The notes below the pieces were generated by a model. It was not told the origin of the DNA, made no database searches, and worked only from the letters and a program-made list of their open reading frames with translations. Both the position numbers and the translations under genes were made by a program. Below, one piece after another: positions 28,268-38,374 of a stretch of 64,000 nt of DNA. Source of the stretch: an uncultured Acidobacteriota bacterium (lineage in GTDB: Bacteria > Acidobacteriota > Terriglobia > UBA7540); the NCBI GenBank assembly GCA_963804995.1, contig CAWDSK010000005.1, positions 128,001-192,000 of the forward strand, written 5' to 3'. The stretch's first letter is position 1. The number at the start of each line of letters is the position of its first letter.

Positions 28268-28639
28268 TCAATCTTTCACCGTGGGGTAACCCGCCTCCTG
28301 CCAACCTCGCCATCCGCCGTCCATCGAGATGACGTCCGTATAGCCCATTTTTTGCAGATTGTCGGCCACCAGCGCGGACCGGTAGCCCCCGCCGCAATAG
28401 AGCACGATCGGGGTTGCCTTGCCCGGCACGGCATTCTCAATATCGCGCTCGATGATGCCTTTGCAGATATGAACGGCGCCGAGCAGGTGGCCCTTGGCCC
28501 ATTCACTCTCCTCGCGAACATCAATGAGTGTGAACTGGTCTTTGGCGTCAAGCCGTTGCTTGACTTCCTGAACGTTGGTTTGACGAATGCGCGTCTTGGC
28601 GTCATCCACGAGCTTTAGAAATCCAGGGGCATGTTTCAA
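28268..28639 (-). CDS. Rhodanese-like sulfurtransferase
   Basis: LIDVREESEW..GH, LYCGGGYRS, MDGG. Confidence 0.9.
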   Translation of the reverse strand: MKHAPGFLKLVDDAKTRIRQTNVQEVKQRLDAKDQFTLIDVREESEWAKGHLLGAVHICKGIIERDIENAVPGKATPIVLYCGGGYRSALVADNLQKMGYTDVISMDGGWRGWQEAGYPTVKD

Positions 28640-28712
28640 CAGGAACCTCCGTGGCCGGTAGAATCTTACTGCCGCAATTTATCCGGTCAGCGCGATCTGC
28701 CCGTTATCGCCA

Positions 28713-31502
28713 CTAGTAAATCTCAAACCGTTCCTGGTGGACGGAGGGATCGCTCTTGATGATGATATCTTTCTTGGTGAGCGATTCGAGTTCGGAGACG
28801 AGGCTCCCCTCGCGCGATTTAAGCGCCTTGGCCACTTCCGGATTGACGCGCAAGGTAAGCACGTCGCCGTCGATTCCCTTCGCCATTTTGCGGGCTTCCG
28901 CCAGGATCTCGTTGCAGACGGTATTGACGGACTTGATCCAGCCGGAACCACTGCAATAATTGCAGGGCTCGCAGAGCGTGCGTTCCAGCGATTGCTTGAC
29001 GCGCTTGCGGGTGACGGCTACCAGACCAAAATCGTGGAAGGAGATGACCTTGGTGGGCGCGCGGTCGGAGCGCAGGGCCTCTTCCAGCGCCTGCACCACC
29101 TTGGCGCGATTCTTGCGCTCGTCCATATCGATGAAGTCGATCACAATGATGCCACCCAGGTCTCGCAAGCGCACCTGTCGCACGATCTCGTTGACCGCAT
29201 CAACATTGGTCTTGACGATGGTGTCTTCCAGGCGATTAGTTTTGCCCACGTACTTGCCGGTGTTGACGTCCACGGCCACCAGCGCCTCCGTCTGGTTGAT
29301 CACGATGTAGCCACCGGACTTGAGCCAGACCTTGGGCTTGAGCGCCTTCTCCAATTCCGTCTGAATTCCGAACTCTTCGAACAGCGGCGTATCCCGGGTG
29401 TAGAGCTTGACCTTGCCAATCAGCGCCGGCTGGCAGCGATTCACGAAATCCAGCACGCGCTCGTAGTCGATTTCACTGTCCACACGCACCGACTTGAAAT
29501 CGGGAGTCAGCAGGTCGCGCAGCAGGCGTTGGACCAGGTCGAGGTCGCGATGCAGCAGCGCCGGCGCCTTCAGGCGTTCCGATTTGGACCGGATTTCGTT
29601 CCAGAGCGTACCGAGGAACTTCAGGTCGGCCTTGAATTCATCTTCGGAACGGCCTTGCCCGGCGGTGCGGACAATGAAGCCTCCCGTGAGCGGGCCTTTG
29701 TTTTCCAGGATGATGTTGCGCAGCCGCAGCCGTTCTTCCTCCGTGGAGATTTTGCGCGAGACGCCGATGTGGTCGATGGTCGGCATGTAGACAAGGTAGC
29801 GTCCCGGAAGCGCAACGTGCGATGTGATGCGCGCGCCCTTCGTGCCCAGAGGCTCCTTGGCAATCTGCACCACGATTTCCTGGCCTTCCTTGAGGAGTTC
29901 AGAAATCTGCACGGGCTGATGGTTTCCCGGGCGCGAAGGTTCCGGGCGATTCTCGGGACGGCGCTGGCCGCCACCCGCGGGGCCACCGCCCCCGGGACCG
30001 CCGCGCCGGCCGCGCCGGCGGCGTGGGGCGAAGCGCGGTCGCTGGTGGGGCTCACGCAAAGTGTAGGTACGATCGCCAGAGGCGGCAGGGGCCTCGCCAG
30101 TCGTAGGTCCACCGGGCGCAGTTTCGTGCGTTACGGGCGACTCTCCGGCTCCAGCAAACGGCTGAGCCTCCGCGGGAAAATCTCCTTCAGCTCCCGCTCC
30201 CATTTCCTCTGCGCCCTCCTGAGCCTCATACTGACCCGCCTCAGCTTCAACGTCACCAGACTCCGCGGCGTATGGCTCAGCTTGAGGCGCGCCCTCGGGA
30301 GTGGCCTCGTAAGGTGTCTCACCCGTGCTCCCGGTCTCAGTTTCTTCAACCGGGGGATAAGGTGGAGAGAATTCGGCCACCGGCGTCGGCTCCAGCGTGT
30401 GCACCGGGGGTTCAAGCGAGGATTGTGGCGCCGATGCTGGTTCCTGCTGGGGCACTTCGGATGATAGAACCTCCGCAACCACGGGTGCCTCTGGGAACGC
30501 GGCGGTGTCCTCCACGGGAGGAGCTGTCGCGGAATCGATCGGACTGACCGCAAATGCTGCGGTAGGCTCGGCGACCACCGCGTAGGACTCAGCGGCAACC
30601 GGCTCTGGCCCGGGTTCATAACCACTCGTCGCTACGGCAGCTTCCGCGGGGACAGGTTCTTGGACAGGCACGTCCGTCGTAGCGGCGACCCCCTCTGCGG
30701 TAACTTCCTCGCTGCCTGCAGGTGTAAATCTCTCGCCTTCGAGGGGTTCAGGGGTCTGCGCTACGAATTCCTCGAGAGGGGCGCCCTCCGAAGGTCCTGT
30801 TTCGAATCCTTCAGAGGCTGCTGGTTGGGCATGGCGGTACTTGGCCAAGGACTCACCGGGCAGAATCTCGAAAGTGTGCGGGGTTTCAGCGGCTTGCGGT
30901 GGCGGCGTAAACTTGCGCTCGGGAAAACGGTTTTCACTGAAGCCCGGACGGCCCCGATGGCGGCGACGGCGACCCCGCCGCTGGTCAAAGGGTTGCCGGT
31001 CGCGGGAATCACCCCTGGGAGCAGGTGGCGCAGGCGGTCCCGGTGCCGCAGCGGGAGGAATCTCTTGTACGGGTGCAGGCATCGGCGGCGCGACAGCCCT
31101 TATGGTCTCCCTGACTGGCGGCGTGACAACTTCCACCGGTGGAGGCGGAGTGGGTTCCGTTATCACTGGCAGGCCGGGCGCCTCTGCCGGGGTACTGGCT
31201 TGGCTTTCCTGCGTCGTCAGCTTGGTAGCGCGAGCTTCCGCTTCCTCGAAGACCTTGTCGTACTCTTCCTGGTCCTCGTAGAAAAAGTCGGTCACGTAAA
31301 GGAAGGCATCACGGTCGAGGCCGATATCCACGAACGCGGACTGCATGCCGGGCAGCACGCGGCTGACCCGACCCTTGTAAATGCCACCCACCAAGCCCAC
31401 ATCGGTATCCCGTTCAAAGTGGACCTCAACTAGTTGGTCGTCTTCCAACACGGCGACCTTCGTCTCGTGGGGAGACGAGGCTATGTACATCTCCTTGGGC
31501 AT
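28713..31502 (-). CDS. rne: Ribonuclease E/G family with a large low-complexity insertion in S1
   Basis: YKGRVSRVLPGMQSAFVDIG, VQIAKEPLGTKGARIT, DVNTG, IVIDFIDM, CNYC Zn link. Confidence 0.93.
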   Translation of the reverse strand: MPKEMYIASSPHETKVAVLEDDQLVEVHFERDTDVGLVGGIYKGRVSRVLPGMQSAFVDIGLDRDAFLYVTDFFYEDQEEYDKVFEEAEARATKLTTQESQASTPAEAPGLPVITEPTPPPPVEVVTPPVRETIRAVAPPMPAPVQEIPPAAAPGPPAPPAPRGDSRDRQPFDQRRGRRRRHRGRPGFSENRFPERKFTPPPQAAETPHTFEILPGESLAKYRHAQPAASEGFETGPSEGAPLEEFVAQTPEPLEGERFTPAGSEEVTAEGVAATTDVPVQEPVPAEAAVATSGYEPGPEPVAAESYAVVAEPTAAFAVSPIDSATAPPVEDTAAFPEAPVVAEVLSSEVPQQEPASAPQSSLEPPVHTLEPTPVAEFSPPYPPVEETETGSTGETPYEATPEGAPQAEPYAAESGDVEAEAGQYEAQEGAEEMGAGAEGDFPAEAQPFAGAGESPVTHETAPGGPTTGEAPAASGDRTYTLREPHQRPRFAPRRRRGRRGGPGGGGPAGGGQRRPENRPEPSRPGNHQPVQISELLKEGQEIVVQIAKEPLGTKGARITSHVALPGRYLVYMPTIDHIGVSRKISTEEERLRLRNIILENKGPLTGGFIVRTAGQGRSEDEFKADLKFLGTLWNEIRSKSERLKAPALLHRDLDLVQRLLRDLLTPDFKSVRVDSEIDYERVLDFVNRCQPALIGKVKLYTRDTPLFEEFGIQTELEKALKPKVWLKSGGYIVINQTEALVAVDVNTGKYVGKTNRLEDTIVKTNVDAVNEIVRQVRLRDLGGIIVIDFIDMDERKNRAKVVQALEEALRSDRAPTKVISFHDFGLVAVTRKRVKQSLERTLCEPCNYCSGSGWIKSVNTVCNEILAEARKMAKGIDGDVLTLRVNPEVAKALKSREGSLVSELESLTKKDIIIKSDPSVHQERFEIY

Positions 31503-31780
31503 GGAAACTCCTTTTTCCCGAACGCCGGGGAATCAACCCGTCATGGCGGGGATCAACCTCTCGCGTCCGGACCAGCCGAGCGTCCGAAGGTAACGAATCA
31601 CTAAGGCGCCGACCGGATAAAGATTATTCAGGTGGTCCGAAGCCCGCGCCTTCAGACACGAACTTTCTGATTCCACCTGCTCGGCGATTCGCGGACCAAG
31701 ACTGGCCAGTGAACCGCTTTCGTAACAGGGCCGCCTGACCAGGAGATGCGGCCCCTGGTCCCGCGGCTAAAGGGCTGCGC

Positions 31781-32872
31781 TCAATTCACAAATCGCCTCG
31801 CCCTCACACTCATGGCCAGCCCCAAGCCCAGGAAGGTGAAGAGCAAGGATGAGCCGCCCTGACTCATGAGCGGCAAGGGGATGCCGGTGATCGGGAACAC
31901 CCCGATCATCATCCCGGTGTTGATGACAACTTGGAAAAACAAAACCGACGCCAAGCCTACCAGCAGGAAGACTCCTGCCCGGTCGGCCGCCATCTGCGAT
32001 CCATCCAGCAGACGCAGGAGCAAGACGAAGTACAACAACAGCACTATCAGAGTACCCACAAATCCCTGTTCTTCGGCAAAGGCGGCGAAAATTGAATCGG
32101 CGTGGGAGACAGGGATAAATCCCAGCCGGCCCTGCGTCCCATTGCCCATGCCCTTTCCCCAAAAGCCGCCTGACCCGATCGCAATCTTGGTTTGGGTCAC
32201 CTGGTAACTGTGGCTTTGGGTGTTTTGCGCAGGGTGTGTGAAAGTCATTAACCGCTCACGCTGGTAGGGTCTGAGAAAGTGCCACCCCACCGGCAAGGCA
32301 AGGATTCCCGCCAGGCACAAGACCGCAATCTGCTGCCAGCGTATTCCAGCAAAGAGCACACCCGCGGCAACGATTGGAACGAATGTCAATGCTGTACCCA
32401 GATCGGGCTCCAAAGCCACCAGGACAGCCGGTAATCCGGCTAAAATCCCCAGTTTAAACAAATCTCCCCACGTGACTGTCTTCGTCCGCCGGTCGGCGAA
32501 ATACGCAGCCACCAATAATATTATAATCAACTTGGCGATTTCTGACACTTGGAAAGTCAAACCACCGCCCAGTATCAGCCACCGCCGGGCGCCGGCAATG
32601 GAGTGGCCCGCGACTAGCAGCCCTGCCAGCGTCAGAACAGAAATACCGTAGAGCCACGGGGTTTGCTCCAGAACCATGTGGTAATCAAACCGGCTTGCCA
32701 CTAGCGCCAGGATACAACTCAAAACGATCCAGTAAATCTGCTTCTTGTACTGGCCCGCAAGAGGGGAGTGGAGGGTGGTGCTATAAATTTCGATGACGCC
32801 GATGACAGCTAAGGCGAGTGCCAGAAGCAACAGGAACCAGTCAATATCGCGAAATCGAAAGGGTCTACTCAA
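31781..32872 (-). CDS. rodA: Rod shape-determining peptidoglycan polymerase RodA
   Basis: SEDS motifs EPDLGTA, AIGSGG, GIPLPLMSQGGS; downstream of mrdA. Confidence 0.93.
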   Translation of the reverse strand: MSRPFRFRDIDWFLLLLALALAVIGVIEIYSTTLHSPLAGQYKKQIYWIVLSCILALVASRFDYHMVLEQTPWLYGISVLTLAGLLVAGHSIAGARRWLILGGGLTFQVSEIAKLIIILLVAAYFADRRTKTVTWGDLFKLGILAGLPAVLVALEPDLGTALTFVPIVAAGVLFAGIRWQQIAVLCLAGILALPVGWHFLRPYQRERLMTFTHPAQNTQSHSYQVTQTKIAIGSGGFWGKGMGNGTQGRLGFIPVSHADSIFAAFAEEQGFVGTLIVLLLYFVLLLRLLDGSQMAADRAGVFLLVGLASVLFFQVVINTGMMIGVFPITGIPLPLMSQGGSSLLFTFLGLGLAMSVRARRFVN

Positions 32873-32887
32873 TTCTCAATCCTTCCC

Positions 32888-34822
32888 TCACCGTCCCGGG
32901 CCAGGGTTTGCCTGCTGCGGTACTTGACTTGGCCTTAACTGGCTGAGCACCCGCACCTGGGTCTCCATCTGGTTGCCGGGAGGTTTCGGCCCCTGCTTCT
33001 TATCAAAATACGTCTTGATGACATCCCTCGCAATGGGCACTGCCACGGTCGAGTGTCCGCCCTTGAGGACAAGGGCCGCGACCACGATTTCCGGCCTGTC
33101 GGGCGGTGCATAGCCCACGAACCACGCGTTATTGTTGAATTCTGCATTCTTCGCGGAGGCTTGCAGTTCTGCGCTGACCACCTGCGCCGTGCCGGTCTTG
33201 CCCGCGATCTCGACTTCGGGACAGCGGGCCGCCGCGCCGGTTCCGCCGTCTTCATTCACCACCCCCCACATTCCCGACTTGACCGCCGCCACAGTTTCCG
33301 CACTGAGGGGGAAGTCGTAAGCAGGTTTTTCCGGGGGATCGGCCCCGATGGCCAACAACTGGTCTCGAAACGCCAAATGCGGCCGCTGGAAGCCTCCGCC
33401 CATCGCAATCCCCCCAATCGTATGGGCCAACTGCAGCGGCGTGACGGAAACGGCGCCTTGGCCAATCGCCACGGAAATCGTTTCGCCGGCATACCATTTG
33501 TGCTTGAACACCCTCTCGACCCAGGCAGGCGTGGGAATCAGCCCCGCAGCCTCGCCAGGTAGATCGATGCCGGTCCGCTCCCCCAAGCCCAGGCGGGTGG
33601 CGAAGAAATCAATCTTCTCGATTCCCAGCAGCTTTCCCATGGTGTAGAAGAAAACGTCACAGGACTCACGGATGGCGCGGTGCAGGTCCACCGTGCCGTG
33701 CCCGCGGTGTTTCTCAAACACCCAATCGTGGTAGAGGTGGCCGTAGATGGTAACCGAGCCCGCACATTGCACCGTGTAGTCGGGTTTGATCGTGCCAGTC
33801 TCCAGCGCCGCCGCGGCCATAACGATCTTGAACGTTGAGCCGGGCGCGAGTTGCGCCTGGATGGCCTTGTTCATGAGCGGCTTCATGGGGTCGTGGGTGA
33901 GCTGGTCCCACTCCTTCGGGTCGATGCGCTGGGCAAAATTATTGGGGTCGAACGACGGGTGGCTGACCATGGCCAGCACTTCACCGGTGCGCGGGTCAAG
34001 CGCCACTACGGCGCCCGCCTGCTCGCCCAGGGAGGCCTCCGCCGCCATCTGCAAGTCGAGGTCGATGGTGAGGCGCAGGTCGTTTCCCGGCAGCGCATTG
34101 ATGGTGGTCAGCGAGCCCATTTCCTGCCCGCGGCTGTTCACCACCACGCGCCGCATGCCGTCGTGGCCGGAGAGAATCTGATTGTATTCGCCCTCAATGC
34201 CGAACTTGCCCACCACGTCGCCAGGCCGGTAGGTGGAGCCGGGTTTGGCGATCATCTCCTCAGAAACTTCACCCACGTATCCCAGCATGGCGGCCGCCAC
34301 CTCATGCTTGGGATAGAGTCGCTGTTGGACCTGGATGAGGTCGAGTTCGGGATACTCCAAGCGGTGGGATTCGACGAAAGCAATGTCCTCGAGCGTGGCG
34401 GATTGTTTCAGAAGCAGGGGCTGGAAGCGTGGCAATTTCGCGGAGCGCTCCACGACGTGCTGGAGATCGACGGGGTCAACTTGCAGGCCGCGCGCGATTC
34501 CTGCCACGCGGTCCGGCGCGAGCGTGGCCGACGATTCGCGCATCAGCAGCACGCTGAAGGCGGGGAAGTTGTCTGCCAACACGCGGCCCTGGCGGTCCAG
34601 TATGCGCCCGCGTGGGGCGATGATGGGCAGATTGCGAATGCGGTTGCGCTCCGCCAGGTCCTCATATTCCTGGTGATGACCGATCTGCAGTCGCCAATAC
34701 CCCATCAGCAAGCCCAGGAAGCTTGCAGCAATGGCATACTGAAGGAGGGCAATCTTCCAAGCCGGTGGGCGCTCGTCACTGGGGAATCGAACTTCCATCT
34801 TGCGCATTTCGCCGAGGGCCAA
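32888..34822 (-). CDS. mrdA: Penicillin-binding protein 2
   Basis: RGRILDR, PGSTFK (SxxK), SCD, GKTGT. Confidence 0.94.
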   Translation of the reverse strand: MALGEMRKMEVRFPSDERPPAWKIALLQYAIAASFLGLLMGYWRLQIGHHQEYEDLAERNRIRNLPIIAPRGRILDRQGRVLADNFPAFSVLLMRESSATLAPDRVAGIARGLQVDPVDLQHVVERSAKLPRFQPLLLKQSATLEDIAFVESHRLEYPELDLIQVQQRLYPKHEVAAAMLGYVGEVSEEMIAKPGSTYRPGDVVGKFGIEGEYNQILSGHDGMRRVVVNSRGQEMGSLTTINALPGNDLRLTIDLDLQMAAEASLGEQAGAVVALDPRTGEVLAMVSHPSFDPNNFAQRIDPKEWDQLTHDPMKPLMNKAIQAQLAPGSTFKIVMAAAALETGTIKPDYTVQCAGSVTIYGHLYHDWVFEKHRGHGTVDLHRAIRESCDVFFYTMGKLLGIEKIDFFATRLGLGERTGIDLPGEAAGLIPTPAWVERVFKHKWYAGETISVAIGQGAVSVTPLQLAHTIGGIAMGGGFQRPHLAFRDQLLAIGADPPEKPAYDFPLSAETVAAVKSGMWGVVNEDGGTGAAARCPEVEIAGKTGTAQVVSAELQASAKNAEFNNNAWFVGYAPPDRPEIVVAALVLKGGHSTVAVPIARDVIKTYFDKKQGPKPPGNQMETQVRVLSQLRPSQVPQQANPGPGR

Positions 34823-35125
34823 GATTATTGATACCTGACCTCAGCTTAACTACTCTGTTAACTTGTATGAAGTCGCGCCCCGCCTGCCGCGCGCTTCACC
34901 CAAGCCATGACCGTAGCACACCCCAACGGGCAAAACAAGAAAAGAGCGGGCCGCTGGCTATTTAGGGGCTTCCGGGCTGCCCTGCACTTGGCTTTTCGGT
35001 ATGGTAATTCGCCCTGCGCCGCAGGATCGCAGTCCCCCCTTCTTGCCGGTGGAGGTTCAAGCGGATTAGCCGTGAGAGAGTGCTATGATGGATTGGGGTT
35101 CTTCAACCTGGTTTGGTCTTACTGA

Positions 35126-36487
35126 TTGTCGATGGCGGCTCCGAGCACAGCACAATCCTCACCTCAACCTGCGGCGCGCCTGCCCATGATGATCCGCGCG
35201 CTGCGGCACCGCAATTACCGCCTGTTCTTCAGCGGCCAGATCATTTCGCTGATTGGCACCTGGATGCAGGCCATAGCACAATCGTGGCTTGTTTACAGGC
35301 TCACGGGGTCGTCGTTGCTGCTGGGCCTGGTAGGATTCGCGGGGCAGATTCCGGTTTTCCTCTTCGCACCGTTAGGCGGAGTTTTTGCTGACCGTCACAG
35401 CCGCCACCGCATTGTCATTGCCACGCAAGCCTCCGCCATGATCCTGGCCTTCATCCTTTCCGCCTTGACCCTGCTTCGGCACATCCAGGTCTGGCAGATC
35501 ATGGTGCTGGCCAGTTTGCTGGGCGTCGTGAACGCTTTCGATATTCCCGCCCGCCAGGCGTTTATCGTTGAGATGGTGAGCTCGGAAGATTTGATCAACG
35601 CCATCGCGCTCAATTCCGCCATGTTCAACGGCGCGCGCATTCTGGGTCCCGCGGTGGCCGGCGTGACGGTGGCGGCGATTGGGGAAGGTTGGTGTTTCTT
35701 TGCCAACGGCGTTAGCTACATCGCGGTGATCATCGGCCTGCTGCTCATGGTGGTCACGCCGCGCGAGCGCGCCCGCCGCGTGGCCTCCGGCCTCGAAAGC
35801 GTCCTCGAAGGGTTCCGTTTTGTTTTGCACACGGGGCCCATTCGTGCCTTGCTGCTTCTGCTCGGCCTGGTCAGCGTGACGGGCATGCCTTATGCCGTTC
35901 TGATGCCCATCTTCGCGGACCAGATCCTGCACGGCGGCGCGCGCGGGCTGGGCCTGCTGATGGGAGCAACGGGTGTGGGCGCCCTGGCCGCTACCCTGGT
36001 GATGGCCGCGCGGCGCGAGGTGCATGGTCTGGGCCGCTGGATCATCTTCGCCTCCACGGGCTTTGGCGCCAGCCTGATCCTGTTCTCCTTCTCGCATACC
36101 TTTTGGCTTTCCGTGGTGCTACTGCTGCCGGCGGGCTTCTCAATGCTGTTGCAGATGTCGAGCTCCAACACTCTTATCCAAACCATGGTGCCTGACGCCC
36201 TGCGCGGCCGGGTGATGTCTGTCTACTCGATGATGTTCATGGGCATGGCGCCGTTTGGTGCATTGCTGGCGGGCGCTATCGCCAATCGGGTGGGTGCTCC
36301 CCTCACCGTGGCCATAGGGGGAGCCACCTGCATTGCCGGATCGTTCTTCTTCGGATCGAAATGGCCGGCCCTGCGAGGTGAAGCACGCCGGCTCATTGTG
36401 GCGCAAGGCATGTCGAGCGGCGAGCCCCCTGAAGAGATGACCGGCCAGTTGGACGCCCTGGGCGCCCCGAAGAATGCGGGACCGTAG
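35126..36487 (+). CDS. MFS transporter (DUF894-like)
   Basis: ~12 TM; RNYRLFFSGQIISLIGTWMQ, GVFADRHSR, LRGRVMS. Confidence 0.9.
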   Translation: MSMAAPSTAQSSPQPAARLPMMIRALRHRNYRLFFSGQIISLIGTWMQAIAQSWLVYRLTGSSLLLGLVGFAGQIPVFLFAPLGGVFADRHSRHRIVIATQASAMILAFILSALTLLRHIQVWQIMVLASLLGVVNAFDIPARQAFIVEMVSSEDLINAIALNSAMFNGARILGPAVAGVTVAAIGEGWCFFANGVSYIAVIIGLLLMVVTPRERARRVASGLESVLEGFRFVLHTGPIRALLLLLGLVSVTGMPYAVLMPIFADQILHGGARGLGLLMGATGVGALAATLVMAARREVHGLGRWIIFASTGFGASLILFSFSHTFWLSVVLLLPAGFSMLLQMSSSNTLIQTMVPDALRGRVMSVYSMMFMGMAPFGALLAGAIANRVGAPLTVAIGGATCIAGSFFFGSKWPALRGEARRLIVAQGMSSGEPPEEMTGQLDALGAPKNAGP

Positions 36488-36678
36488 CGCGCCGATGATT
36501 TTTGGCTCGCAAACCGCCCGTCATCATTTAGCCCATGGCGGTAGTGAGAAATGGGGCTCCGCTCTTTCCGAGGAGAGAGGGCTAAGTCGCAATTCTGATT
36601 GGTGAGGAGAGCGCTGGGGCCGAACCCCCGTCCCTATAATCCCTCGTAAGAAATCCCGCCTAACGTGTCAGGCAATCA

Positions 36679-37773
36679 CTACCCGCCGTTCATAGGCACC
36701 GAGACAGGGCTCTTGAGCGTAAAGTCGATTTTGGTTTCGGATGGCACCTTGACCTGCTGACCTTTGGTGGCCACTTGTACGCCGGCGCCGGTGCCCGCGC
36801 CCACGGCGGAGCCGATGGCCGCGCCTTTACCACGGCCCAGCAGTCCGCCCACGAGCGCGCCCAGCACCGCGCCGCCGCCCACGGTTTCCGCAGTGCGCTT
36901 GCCGCGTGAGGCTCCGTGCTGCTCGTAGTACCCGCTCTCCGTGTTGTAGAAGGTGCCGTTAATCGTCAGGCCCGTCAATTCCAGTTGCAGTTCGGACTGG
37001 CCCTCCATGTGACCCGCGCTCTTGGCATTGACCAGGCGCACGCGGGCATCCGCGCCGCGCGCAACCACCACGCGGTCACCCACCACGATGGGCGCATCCA
37101 GGCTGGCGGTGAACACATCACCCGGCCGGTTGCGGCTGGAGTCAATCCCATCGATCATGCGAATGGTCACCACCGTTCCGGACGGTATCGACACGTTTTC
37201 GACTGGTTTAGGAGCCGGCGGTTGCGGAGGTGGCGCCGGGGCCGCCGGCGGATTAGGCTGTGCGACAGGGTTAACCGGGGCTTCAGGAGTTTGGGCGTCC
37301 GCGTAAGCAGCAGGTTGGGGGGTAGCCACTTCCTGGGTACGGGCGGTTCTGGGATGTCGTGCGGGTCGAGATTGCGCCGGGGCGGGTGCTTGGGCCACAG
37401 TTTCCGGCGCTGCAGGCGGGATTTGCGGAGTCTCCGCGGTTTGCGCCGGTTCAGCCACCGGAGCGGCGGTTTGAGAGCTGAGCGCCAGCATGTTCAGCAC
37501 GCTCTTCACGCCTTCTTCTTGCGTGGCAATCCGCTCCACGGCAGCCCTTTCCAGGTCCGTCCCTACCGTCCCCGTTAACGTGACGATCCCGCGCTGCGAC
37601 TCAACACGAATGTCGCGCGTCTTCAGGATAGGATCACCAAAAAGCTTGGCCTGGATGCCGGTGGTAATGGCCTTGTCGTCGCTCAACTACAACATCTTGA
37701 AAGTGTTACAAGCTCCGAGAAACAAGCCCCCCGCAATGATCAGAATCGCAAATCGGAGTTGTGACCTGTACAT
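36679..37773 (-). CDS. BON-domain lipoprotein with glycine-zipper C-terminus; in-frame TAG at 37687-37689
   Basis: Signal peptide and LGAC lipobox from ATG 37773 are in frame with the BON domain (DDKAIT..GIVTLTGTV). Confidence 0.8.
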
Positions 37774-37856
37774 AGTCCCTTCACCCCACTGGGAATTGTG
37801 CTCCCTCATGGTCGTTTGATTCTATCCTAAAAGGATAGGATGCACGTTATTGACCG

Positions 37857-37947
37857 CTCCCCTCCTCAGATGAGGAGGGGTGGCGCGCCGAGCCCCGATA
37901 GCGCGTTCTTTCCAAATTGATCATCGGGGCCGAGCGACGGGGTGGTC
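37857..37947. repeat. CTCCCCTCCT-AGGAGGGG palindromic repeat
   Basis: CCCCTCCTCAGATGAGGAGGGG; inverted relatives at 48361-48497. Confidence 0.7.
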
Positions 37948-38050
37948 TGAGGTCGTGTGGGTGGACTGAAATCCTGGGGGAAAAACTCTCGTCCTGAACT
38001 CACAAGCGTAACCACCCCAGATTCTCGCTTACGAATCCCCCCAAGCATAG

Positions 38051-38318
38051 CAAGTGTAGCGCGGACCTCCGCTGTTGAGGTCCGCGGTTCTTCCTGTGCC
38101 ATTTGATCGGATGTGTCGTGGAAATCGGCCGCCCATATTGGGGGGGGGTGCGGGTGTTTCAAACCAAGCAAGTGTAGCGCGGACCTCCGTTGTTGAGGTC
38201 CGCGGTTCTTCCTGTGCCATTTGATCGGATGTGTCGTGGAAATCGGCCGCCCGTATTGGGGGGAGGCGGGTGTTTCATACGAAGTGCCGCGGACCCCAAA
38301 GGTGGGCGACCGCGCGAC
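38051..38318. repeat. REPIN with 118-bp tandem duplication
   Basis: Copies start at 38051 and 38169, with few mismatches. Confidence 0.85.
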
Positions 38319-38374
38319 AAGACAGGCAGGCTGGCACAGACCCAGCCTGCCGTTTGCCTTCCTCCGAGGCTCGC

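Noticed and set aside
17536..37689. Stop-codon recoding (Sec/Pyl or alternative code)
   Set aside because: Only two isolated cases, at non-catalytic positions; TGA and TAG end many genes normally
37866..38374. Long C-terminal extension of the DegT protein
   Set aside because: Read-through into repeats caused by the +1 indel; natural stop at 38375
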